NCBI GenBank assembly: GCA_002633005.1
Contig: NMRA01000222.1
Location: 124,001 to 188,000 of the forward strand
From: Phoronis australis
Lineage: Eukaryota > Animalia > Phoronida
Direction: 5' to 3'
DNA length: 64,000 nucleotides
In this document: one piece after another, positions 38,841 through 51,100 of the stretch
Numbering within the stretch: position 1 is the stretch's first letter
Layout of the letters: each line of letters begins with the position of its first letter
Made by a program: the position numbers and the translations under genes
The notes under the pieces: model-generated
Seen by the model: only the letters and a program-made list of their open reading frames with translations
What the model was told of the DNA's origin: nothing
Database searches by the model: none

Positions 38841-40229
38841 AACTGGTGACTAATTGACTACAGTTGTGGTAGGTGGCAACTAGACGGCAATACCTGTAAT
38901 TAAAAATAAGTATGCCTAGTGATGTTATCATAACAAAAATGGCTAGTTCCGGGTTCTGTTGATGAGTGAACTGACATGTTTAAAAGAGATCTTGATTCCA
39001 GAAGTTGTTGTTTGAGTTCGAATGATTAAAAGACATTGACAGAGATGCCGCTCTATGCTCAAATGATACTTATATACTTCTAGGGACGTGACTTTGATGA
39101 AATAAATTTGTATTAAAGTCTTCTGTTGCGTTTGGCTTCTAAAATTGAGTTGCTTGTATAATCCCTCCTTCATGGAAGAAATATGATAAAGATTAACCAA
39201 AACACTGCAATGCCAATGGGTTTATATTTCTTGATATCAATTTTGAGTCAGTGCGTGTTCACATTAATGACTGTATTCATTCACCGCGGTAGACAATTGG
39301 GAGTTTGCCTCATGACATCAGACAAAAGAACTTGCCTGGCGTTTGACAAAAAGATTAATACCTGGACTTTGAAAACTGGCGTCGTCTGGAAGACTCTGGA
39401 ATAAGGACTAAAGTTTAAACAGGAGTAAGGATGTGCCGATGTCTACTCAAGTACAGTCTCAAAATTATTTGATTACCCTAGTGAAGAGCAGTAATACATT
39501 TTAAAGCTCACTATACTCTGAAAGTGAAAATGCAGGCCGCATTCTAAAACCATGAACACTGAAAGTGAAACACTGATCAATCAGCTGACACAGTCACAGA
39601 GTAATCACTAACACCGGTGGACGGATACCACAGGCACCGTCTCAAAGCTGGCGATTTCGTAAAAATACACTTACACGGGTATTCTCCAAATGCCACCGAT
39701 TCAAAAAACAATTCATCCAACAGAACACAAACTTGAATCCGCAACTCTAAACTGATAAATGAACGTACAACATTGACGAATGAAATTTGTCCACCTGTAA
39801 AACAAAGGTGGACGTCAGCGGATGTTGTCTCTAAGTTGATAAAGACATTTCGAATATACAAAAGCATGTCTGAAACCAATGGTAGCTTTCACGCCATACC
39901 AAAGTGTTTTGTCAACCAAATTCACCTGACTTTCAAGTTAAAAGCCAATTATTATATTTGTTTAAAATCGAAATAATTTAACTGCCATTATAGTAACATC
40001 CGTGTGGTGCACATATGGTTTGTTGGGCTGTAACGAGTTAAGCCTTAAAGTAAACGCAATGGTAATGAATCTTATTCTTTAAATCATTACTTTGTTTGTT
40101 TATTTTTTTGCGCGGAAAACTGACTAAAACACCAAAGTCGTGCCGCTATAAATACCTTTGAGCACCATTGTCTCTACTTAGTCAGAGGTCACTGTCTACT
40201 GTCTAGCTAGGCAATGACTAGGCAGACTA

Positions 40230-41159
40230 GGCAATGACCATCGCCTCTGTTGGCCCGAAGCAGAGGCGATGTAGAGGCTATAGGCGCTCTGTACGCCGGA
40301 AGCTTTTCGGCGAATTATGCCTCGCACCGACTAAACTATCAAAGTCACGTTGTTACAAATACCTTTTGCGCATAGAGGAACACCTTATGAGGTTGTCGAT
40401 GTGTTTAATTCCTTCCAACTCGAACAAATACTCCCGTTATGAAACTTTTTCTTCGAGCAGTCCCTATTTCAGTTCCCAAAATCGTGAAATCAAAATTTTC
40501 ATTTTTTTTTTTAACCAGGCCGAAGGTCAGAAGTTGCGATCCTACCGGCGAACTTTGAAAGCTGAAGTTCCCGCCCTTCACGTACGTGCTGCCGGCAACC
40601 AGCCGTGCATTTGCCGTGTTGTTAAACATTAAAATGTCAAATATGTGCACAAAGACTATTAAATGTCATATCAACAGCATTTATTTTTATCAAATACAAA
40701 CAATAATTCATTGAAATACAAACAGTTTCAAGTAACGCCAATTAAAGACAAGTATAAGTGGTGGCATTTTGGAAACGAACATTTGAGTGACAAGACCGCA
40801 ATGGCTCACCTTTGGCCTATTTAAAAATTTGAGGCGATGAAGTCACATCACCTAGCGAGTGCGGTAAAAATTGGAGCGTGCGCAGTACAAAAATTTTGAT
40901 TTCGCGATTTTGGGAACTGAAATAGGGACTGCTTGAAGAAAAAGTTTCATAACGGGAGTATTTGTTCGAGTTGGAAGGACTTAAACACATCGACAACCTC
41001 CTAAGGTGTTCCTCTATGCGCAAAGGGTATTTATAACAACGTGACTTTGATAGTTTAGTCGGTGCGAGGCATAATTCGCCGAAAAGCTTCCGGCGTACAG
41101 AGCGCCTATATCCTCTGCATCGCCTCTGCTTTGGGCCAACAGAGGCGATGGTCATTGCC
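40230..41159. mobile_element. Merlin-like non-autonomous element with ~270-bp TIRs
   Basis: 40230-40499 is nearly the reverse complement of 40890-41159; termini GGCAATGACC; 8-bp TACTGTCT at 40197-40204 and 41160-41167. GG-initial TIRs with an 8-bp TSD fit the Merlin superfamily. Confidence 0.8.
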
Positions 41160-41175
41160 TACTGTCTGGCCTGAG

Positions 41176-41271
41176 ACAGGCGTCCTCCCGCGCAGCTTCT
41201 GATCGTCCCCAATACACTATGTATAATTATACATAGTGTATTGGGGACTATCAGAAGCTGATGACGCCTGT
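41176..41271. mobile_element. minimal palindromic derivative of the 17457-21399 element
   Basis: The two TIRs are fused head to head; perfect 42-bp palindrome at 41206-41247. Confidence 0.85.
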
Positions 41272-42101
41272 GGTATAGCCTAGCCTTGGTAAAAATCTGC
41301 ATACTAAATATACAGCTTTGCACCGATGTCGGTAAAAAAGTGGTAAGATGAAATCTGACGCAAAATTAGTGTCACTAAACACTACAGTCTTCCTTGAGTA
41401 AACCAAATTATTTAACAGTGTTGGAAAAATGGCATTTTACAGTTATTCTGCTGCTAAAATTTTGAAGCAATCTTTAGCCACGGCTTTCAGCGGCATGAAA
41501 TATTACATCACCTATTGGCCAGTTTCTTTTTTTGCCGATTCTTCAAGCAGCTGTTGTTCTTTCACGAGGTTGTGTACAAGTCACAACAAATTATTGGAAC
41601 TGGTTTCACTTCATTATAAGTTTTTAGAATTTTGATACCGAAAAACCGAATTTCAGAAGAAATTTTGCCGCTGCCAAGCTATCATCATCTCCCGAGAGGT
41701 CCCAAAAATTTAGGAAATAGCACGTGCGCATGACACGAATGTACTGTTTTTAAAACGACGACATACTTTTCATTGTTAGAAAAGGTGGAGAGTTATGCAA
41801 GAAAATGACGTTTACTGCATTGTTTTTCACTTAAACGGCTGTAACGGGCCAGGTGAGTGTCGGTTGATTCCCAGATTTTGCATGCACCCCGTCCGTTCTT
41901 TACCTCTACATGTTGATTCAGGTTTCACAGCGAGTTGACGAGCAGAACTACCTTGGCTGTGTGCAATTTCGGGGTCTACAGGGAAGAAATACACGCAGTG
42001 GTACCTAGCTGTATCTTGACAATAGTCTTCATACAGCTAGCTGGCTGGCTTTGTCTAGCCAAGTACAGAAAGAGCATTAGAGCAAAAATGGGACTTCCAG
42101 A

Positions 42102-45100
42102 ATGGAACGTTATAAAGTTTTAAACAGGGTTTGTTGTAACGCTATTCGGCTATAGGGCAAAATTAAATGATTGTACATGTTCCAGTTTTGTACCACAGTT
42201 ACCATCAAACAAAGTTTGACATATTTTCTGATATTCAGAACAGTGTTACAGGCCCTTGAAATATTGTCTGATATTCAGAACAGTGTTACAGGCCCTTGAA
42301 ATATTGTCTGATATTCAGAACAGTGTTACAGGCCCTTGAAAAATGAATTATGTCATTTTTGGCAATTAAGCTTGTTCAAAGTTAGCAAGATTTTACCGTA
42401 ATTGCATTTTCACAATTTTTTTTTATTTCACTTACATTTTAACTAGTTCATAACATAATAGGTGATAGAGTATCAGGTGATTGTTTCTTTTGCAAACCAA
42501 GTAACTTAAGTCATAGCAGTTAGTAGAATGGATTCAAAAGTTTATTGATAATTCTCTGCTGATTCTTTCCTCACTTCATTTATGTGACATTTTTGTTAGG
42601 CTCGACTGAACAAGTCTTCTCTCCTGTCTCAAGAGTTGATCAACACCTTTGGAACCGAGAGGGCAAAAGAGTTGTTAAATGAAAGATTATCACTAGGTAA
42701 TGCGTATTTGTTTGGATCGATCGTGTAAAATGGACAGTTTTTTTATCCAACCCATTCTCAATCATGTTTTTGTACTCTTAGAATTGTATATGTTGTGAGT
42801 GCATACAAGCTTTCTAAACCTTCTTTTAGATATTTACAATCTAATTTTTCAACGCCATTTTTTGTCTTAGCACTTATTCCATACTAACACTTAATTAAAA
42901 TCTGGTGTTATTCATTAGGGCAGTTTTGCAGACTGGCACTATTTTATTGTTGACTGTTGTTACTAACCGCACGGTATGTTTGATGTAGACATTGTTTTAA
43001 ACAGTTTGTTTCACTTGACAACCATATCTAGACAAGTGTCGTACTGCCCTCTGCATTTTTCAAACAGCCGTTACCTTTGCTCATGATTTTAACTCATTGC
43101 AGCACATCTATACATTAATTATGAAGCGTTATGTTGACTTAAATGTCATTAATAACAGTAAATCAAAGATTACCTGGTTTGTAAAACAGTGATTTGTGGT
43201 CAAAGTTGTTCTTTCAGTTACTTTTGAATTGCCGTCCTTTGCACTTATTTGAGACCCTACACTTTTATGACAATTGTGTTTTAAATGACTTTTACATGGG
43301 GCGCTCATTTAAGACTGACTCTTATTAAAGGACCATTGTTAATGCGCGACTCTGCAGTATTTTGAATATCGTAATTGAATTGCCAGAGTATCTGACAATT
43401 TTTGGACGATCTCTGCATCCAGAAGTGTTTGCTGAAATCATTTCTGTTAGAGGTCATTCATTTTAAGGAATGTGATTTATCCAGTGCAATATGGAATACC
43501 AATATTGTACATAGCCTTACTATTCTCTCTCATTTATTGTCAACTCTAAATCCAGATATGAATCTAGTTCAATGTTAAGCATTCTCGAGTCATTTGTGCT
43601 GCATCATGACTCGCTCCTGAATTGTCTGCCATGCTTCAACCATGTGGAAACGCATGCGACTACTTTAAGATAATTTGTCCCTATTGAATCCACCTCTACA
43701 TCTTTTTTGGCAAATTTTTATTTTATTTCTTGTGGAAATGTGTCCTTCTTTTTATTGGAGTTAGTAGTAAAGTAATGTTTATAGTAATGGTTCTTACATT
43801 TGTGATTTTATAGACTGGTCTCTTATGTGTTGGAAAGACATTGATTCTCAGCAAGTACTTTTGAAACGAGACACAAATAAAGTTTATCTTATCTAGTAGC
43901 TAGAATCTAGGGGTCATCAGGTGTGAATCTGTGGGTCGTCAAGTGTGGACTTCATCAACATAAGCCAATGTCCCTGATATTGACTTAAAGAGTAGAGTTT
44001 AATTTCAAGTATGAAGATTAAACCCCAACCCCTGGTATCTATTTCTCACAGAGATTATGTATGGTAAATGAGGTTATTGTTATTGTGGAAATTTGATGGT
44101 TTCTCATGATGTCTTTTTCTTCCTTTGCAGTCTTAACGACGCCGGAAAACACTCCTCCGCCAAAGTTATCCGCTGAGATTATAAATGATCGACAGAAAGA
44201 ACATTCAAGGAAGCAAAATGAGCATGCAGAAAAGCTGAGGTGATTTAATGTGAAAGTTATTGAATGCGTTTAGTTAACTCTTTATATTAAACTTATTTCA
44301 CTGTTTGATATTTATTTATTGTGCCCTGTCGCTTTTGACACATGTATTTTCATACATTGACAGTTTACCTTTTGAGACTTCTTAATGTTGATGGCTCACT
44401 TGCTTTTAAAACTGTCTGACTCGTGATCAATGTAAACGCATGTGTCTCACGTAGTTCACACAAGTGCGCTAAGATAAAGAGGTCTGCCACATTGCTAGCT
44501 ACATGTAGGTTATTTAAGCTTAGTGTGGAACCTTCAATAAAGTAGGCTCGAAAAGAATGAATAATATTGTTCAAGCTTGAATAGTATTGGCCTAGCTTGA
44601 ATAACCTTAATACTTTTAAGCTTGAAGAGAACTACTCAGTAAGTGTTAGGTAGTCAAGCTTGATGAATTCAGTGTCTTTGTAGTCTTTTCCGTTTTTCCT
44701 TGAATCTTAATCTTTGACTTGTTTTGCAGACAACTTAACCAGGAGCGTCTGAAACTCATTGAAGAAAGAGAAAAGCTTGAAGAGAGACGACGGTTCTTGA
44801 CCTCGACTGACTCACCTGTCTCTGGTCAGCTGTTTTTGTGATTGAATTCAAATAGTGTGGCTACCACATTTCCCCTGGTTAGCACCCATGCTGTTTCTTT
44901 TGGGAATCCATAAAACCCACGAGGTGGGTGATTAGTTGAGCCAGGGGTGTTTGAAATGAAATTTAGCAAGATCTTGGGGTGGGTGCGTGTGCATGTGGGC
45001 CATGTGCATATAAAGTCAAATTTTATGAAATTATGGGTGGCATTTAGCCTCACCTGGTTGGAAAATACGGTAGGCCGAGTCTTGCCACCTGTTGAAAACG

Positions 45101-48100
45101 TGTTATTAAAATCATTACAACTATTTCTGATTACTGTTGTCGTGTAGTGTGACACTAATTGGACCATAATGTTCACAAGACTATGACTTACAGTTACCAA
45201 GCTTCAGTCATGTTTTTTTTTTGGCTAGATAATCAAACTAAGGAGTACACAACTTTATACGAGTTTGTACATTTTTTAATTTTTAAGCTTATGTGATATT
45301 GTTCAAACTTGCCCAATATTGTTCAAGCTTTTTCAGTACCATTCAAACTTGGCCAGTATCATTCAACCTTGCGTATCCTTACTAACACTTGAGTGTACTG
45401 CACGAACTATGCTGTCACCTCAGTTCAAATAGGATATAAAATTTTAAGAATATTTGAATTGATCGACCATCATAATTAGTCTGAATAAAAATAGTATCTG
45501 TGTTGAGCATTTTTCACGCAGGACTGATTCATGAAATTTTGAGGGGTAAATTAATCACAATATCATTATAATAAGATTAATTAGGGGCAGTGGTACCGGC
45601 CTAGTTTTGCCCAAATAGTTGTCAGACTCCAAGGTCAATGACACATGTTTGCTCTGTCAGGAACATCAAGCTACTTATACCATGTGATGTCCAGGGTCAA
45701 TTACATATCTCTGGCGTTATTAGCAGAAGGTCACTTTTCTTTCATTAAATGGTGAAGTTTACTTGTTTATTTTAGGCTCTCAAGTAGACCCTGAGAGCCG
45801 TGTTGCCCAGCGGCCTACTGAAGCGCAGGACTTGGACAGCTTGATTCGAGGAGCCACTCAGAACATCACCAAACAAGCCAGCAGACTCTGGCAACTAAGG
45901 TTAGTACAGCTGTATATTGCCATCGACTGCTGCGTTTCTCATGGCTGGACACTTTCAACTAGGATAAGCTTTATCCCTTGATCTAATGAAGCGTGACGCG
46001 TTCTTGCTATTCATTTATCTCTGCATACTTTTGTGGCACGTAGATAGTGATTGTTAAAGAAAAACTGCTTATTAGATCATTATGTGCGTTAGCATACTGA
46101 CCTCAATGTGCGGCAACGGAGCAATGAGTAGCTGGACATCTGTGTTTTAAATTCATGCAGATAACTGATAGGTATTAAGGGAGCAAAGAGATTCTGATTT
46201 TGGAATATGACTAGCGAAGTACCTTGTTTTAAAATAATTTCCATGTTTTGTCCTGGCGCATTATTTTGTTGAAAAATATTCGCGTAGAGTCTTGGGATTT
46301 GGCTGAAATATTTCTAACTTGTGCTGCTGTTTACAGGGAAGAGTATGACAAGAGGCAAAGACAACTGTACAGGCCCTATGATGGAGAACTTGGGCTTGAT
46401 TCGTATAAACCTTGGCAAATTCCGCATCACAAGTTGGTAAGCATATCATGATATATCGAATCATTGAATGGTGGCTGTTACTTTTGTGTCCAACGTTACT
46501 TATGATTGCCAGTTTGTTTGTTTTGTCTCTGAATCGTGTTTTTTTCCTTTTGTGATATTTGTGATAAATGTATTTGGTTATACATTATTAATATGTAACA
46601 GCATCCGATTCAGTTAGAATTAAAATTAGAAATAGCTGTTTCCTTCGCATGACTTAGCAAGCTCTGATATTGGACAAAAAAGTGGCAGCAAAAATGAATG
46701 CTACCCGATAGTGAAAAGCGGTGCTACCCATCTCAGAGCACTGAGGTTAGAACGATGGAAAACCAACAATATTTTAAGGGCAGCCACTGGTGGCGTCAGC
46801 ATGGTGGAGGCCCCTGTTGAGATAATCCTAGCTATGTCAATAACGCCACCCACCTATCTGCATCGGAGCAATGTTTTATGGTAGCGGCCTTTTGTTTCTT
46901 TCCGTTCATTTACTGCATTTAATTTTCAGGCGAGATCTATTGTCGAAGAAGTTGTAGACAAAGTTATAGAGCGACTCTTTTCTAACAGTTACATGAACAA
47001 TGATACTGGCAGGTAATAAACTGTTCTTAAAACTATTGCACAAATCCCTACTTCTTCACGCCATCTTTTGACTACTTTGTAATCTGAAACGAGTCATTGC
47101 GCAAGGTTTATTACTCTTTCTGTCTATACATGGTGCCACATCATGATTTTTCATATTCTTACCAGTCTCACATCAAGCAGTTGGGAATTTCAGTTGTTCA
47201 GCTTTATGGCATCTTAGTGTTAGATATGACTGATGTAGACATGGGTAGCATTATTCTCTATATAAGGCCATGTGGTCTGCATAAGGCATTTCCGATTTGG
47301 GAAAACATGTTTTTGAAACTACGGTCCTGTGTCTTAAAAATTCCAGGAGCTGTTGAAAAGTCATGGGCTGGTGCAAAATTTTTGGCATTATTGTGAAGGA
47401 AACTGCTGATTTTGCTCTGAATAATGCAATTGATATCATTAACAATTTGTACAAAATTCTTTTTGAATTCATTTGCTTTATTATTGATTTGTGACCTTTT
47501 AAATCCGATCGCTTGTTACCTGCAGAGCTTTTAGAGAAAAGGAAAGGTTACAACTGCAAAAAGTTCTAGCGTTAACATCAGAGCAGAGGGCAGTGCAGCT
47601 AGTGGGGGAGTCCATTATTCTGCAGGTAAGAAAGGTACTTGGTGGTGGCCAAGTTTTTGTATTGGACATGTAAACACAGTTTTGTACAGAACGGGCTGAA
47701 AATAAGCAGACAAAATTCTGTTATCCCTGTCATGATAGGTAACTGTTTGTCATGAATTGTCCTTCCAGCTATTGTGATGATAAATACTGCTCACACTCAA
47801 CCATCATGACGAGGAATTCTGTCTGCATTCAGTCGTCATGACCAGAAATTGTGGGTCATTTCGCCCAACTTGTTTTTGGCGAGTACTGTACGTGAACGTT
47901 GGCAGCTATTAGCAACCTTAGCTGTCTGGTCCTGGCCCTTAAACTCGTCTGTGAACTCGAAAGCTGACTTTTTTTTAATGATTTCTGTTCTACTGAGGAT
48001 TAATGGGAACTTGGTCATTAATTTTGTGTTCGCGTACTTTATGATTTTTGCAGATGAATATGTAATCCAAGATCGCAGCAGGTGACCCCAAATTGTAAGT

Positions 48101-51100
48101 TCACGTCTGAACTCGACATCTCACATTTGAGCTTAATTTTATGACTTTCCTAATTTCCTTACCAAGTGCAAATAATTCTTTGTAGGTGACAGCAAAGATG
48201 GCTTCGGAAGTTGCCCATGAGGTGGCGCTAGCGAAGGAGATGGTTCACAGCATGACCAATGTATCTCTTATGCAACTGGTTGAGGTTAGCTTCTTGTCAT
48301 ACACAAACATTTCAGTTACGTGAAAAGGCTGAAAGATGTCCCATTTCCAGTTTCCAAATCTAAGGCTGTTTGAAAATTCTTTTCCTTGACATGTGCTCTG
48401 TACTGGCATATAGTACTGGAATATTCCCAAACAACAAAAAATGGTCATTGCATTTTCTTAATATGTTAGATTTGTTGGTAAATAGTTTTGGGGCTTTATA
48501 AAAACTCAATAATCTTATCATCAGTCTTCACTGATCCAGAGATTTGACTTCCCAGTTTGAAACTTATCATTTGCAGTGTTTTGTTTTACATCATCCTTAC
48601 TTGGTGTGTACAAGAACTGCATTTAGTGCTACTGTGTAAAACATTGTATACTTTACCTACATGATTTTCAAAGAGAGAACACAGCCTTTCACATAAAAGT
48701 CACCGTCTGATAGAGCCATCTCAAGTTACTGTTAGTAATAAAATACCTTACAAAATGGTAACCAATTCAACTATTTAACAGAATTTTGTTTTAATCTCTT
48801 TGCTGAAAGTCTGAAAAAATCTATTGACTTCAAAGTGTCTGCCAGAACCACTGTTTGAATATTGGTGTTTGTTACAGTCCATCACTACTGGCGATCCTGA
48901 GGGTCGGTCTTTGGATGATCCCTTGTATGGCCAGTTCACCAGGGCATTTTTGAGGCGGCAGAAAGAAAGAGACAAATATAGGTGAGTTAGGTTTTTACGG
49001 GATTCTTTTCTGAAAAAGTGTAATAAGTTGTGTGAGAGTCATTAAGGCCATTGATCCCATTGGTGTCTTATGGGCGGAAGTGTTTGTAAATGCCCCTAGA
49101 CAATCTTCTAGTCTAGCACTTGTTTTCCTCAACCGAGGCTGGTTCCTTTTGTACAGCCAAGTTGAGTGCAGCAGTCAGGTTACTATGAACCTTCGTTTTA
49201 GGCTGCTGCGTGGTGGACAAAGGGAATTTCATTTCATCTAACTTTTTGTAAACTATATTTCGAATTAAAGAAATGTTTACATTAATTTTGTTACCTTAGT
49301 TTGTACGATTCTGTGTCTGATTGTCGAAAATGTTCCAGGGAATCTGCCAAAATGCGCACACTAATTCTTAGTGTTGAGGTATGTTTAGGGCCTGATTCAT
49401 TCTTATGTTTGCCAAGTGTGTTGCTTATGTCTGGGCACTTGTACTAGGAGTGGTTATTGTATTTTGGACTATAATTGGTTCTGTATGAGTTATTTATTAT
49501 AATTGGTATGAAACTGATTACATAATATTTAATATGTTGTGTTTGGCTGCTGCCCGAAAAGCCAAACTGCACGTTTTTGTTCCGATAATGACTTGAATGT
49601 GTGGTTGTGATGAAAACCTCACAGGTATTAGGGTTAATTGATAAAACTTCTGAAATCTAGACAACTTCAATGTTCATGTTAATATGCGATTCACGAGCGC
49701 ACTACAAATATTCTCCATGCCAGTTGAAAATAAATGGAAAATCCGTTGTTTGTGAAGTTTTTAAGCTTAAGCTCTAAGGAAACAAATTATTAATAACTTT
49801 GTACCTGCACTGCAAGTAGTCCTGACCAGTTAATCATACATAATTGCTGATGATGGGCACTAACTTGACCCAAGCTTAAAGTGGCTATAGACAAGCTTTC
49901 CATCACAAAAACCAACTATCGAGTTTAGACCATAATACAGCTGTACATCTCAAGTTGTTCCTGGGCCAAATTGAATATGGTTTTGGGGCTTCGAAAGTGC
50001 TGACACATCATTATTGCTTGAGATCGGGCGCTACGAGTCCGCTTGTCTCGCCTTGTCATTTTATGGGTCGAGTATTATCTTGAGGAATAATGAACTGTCT
50101 TGTCTTTGCAAACTCAGAATCACTTCCCAATTGAGTAAGGAACAATTTGAGACCAGTTTTATAACTGTGAGTAAGTCTGATTCAAAAGTTCACTTTTTGG
50201 ACAAAACGTGGGTCAATATACGCTTTAAAGAACAGTCACTTAGAAAATAATGCAATTGATGCAACACTTTTAACTTTGACGGTAGTGTCTTGTTTACTTT
50301 CTTTTCCAAAGGAAGGAGGTATGGGGCCACACACAGCCATCGTACTTTGCTGGTCCTAGAGGTCTGGTGTTTGATGATGAAAGGTGAGGCACTGATTAAT
50401 GGATCTTCCAGTAATGGCCACGGAACATGCTAAAATTTACTATGCTGACAAATCACCGTTGTCATAGAGTGGAATGTCTAAATTAGGATTCACATATAAG
50501 AGAGCCCAACATCGCTGAATGTCTATGCATGAAGCAAATTTCGTTTAGTCTTCTTTAACTCTTCCTGTCTTGACCTCCAGAATTTGAAACGGACTGACAG
50601 AAGTCACTTTTGTTCTCACATCTCTAGAGAGTTGTACTACTAGTGTTTCCTCTGTTCATTCATTTCTACAGCACACAGTAAGCTATGTTACGATGGATAA
50701 TGAAATGTCACCGTTGTAGCTTTAATTTTCTCATTGACAACTGAGGGCACTTTATACAGAATGAAAAATGTGATCCCCAAATAACCTCCAAAGACTCCAA
50801 ATAAGTTCCTCTGAATAAGATGCATAAAAAACAGCCAATACCAGCCCAATGAGTCAAATCATAGTAGCTTAGCCACTCTATCTTGTCTGGATGAAGGCCA
50901 CGCATCGGCCAAAGTCTGCGCACATTTGTACAATCCTTTGAGTAACTGGGGTATGTGCTAAAACACTGGAGTTTGCTTAGTTCAGTATGTGTACTCAAAT
51001 ATAGGAGTCAAGTGCTTTCAGTGAGACAAACTTTTGGGATGATTTTACTATCGTTGTGATGTTGACCTTGTTGTTTGTACTTGCGTTTATTAAGACTTTG

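Noticed and set aside
39808-39893. ERSE/UPRE-like motifs upstream of the MZB1-like gene (CCAAT…CACG, TGACGTCC)
   Set aside because: Spacing and sequence deviate from CCAAT-N9-CCACG and TGACGTGG, and the TSS is unknown.
40234-41155. Two near-identical ORFs MTIASVGPKQRR… on opposite strands
   Set aside because: They are the two TIRs of one element; no recognisable protein motif.
42221-42340. Regular repeats as a possible CRISPR array
   Set aside because: No unique spacers, no cas genes, eukaryotic intron; simple tandem repeat.
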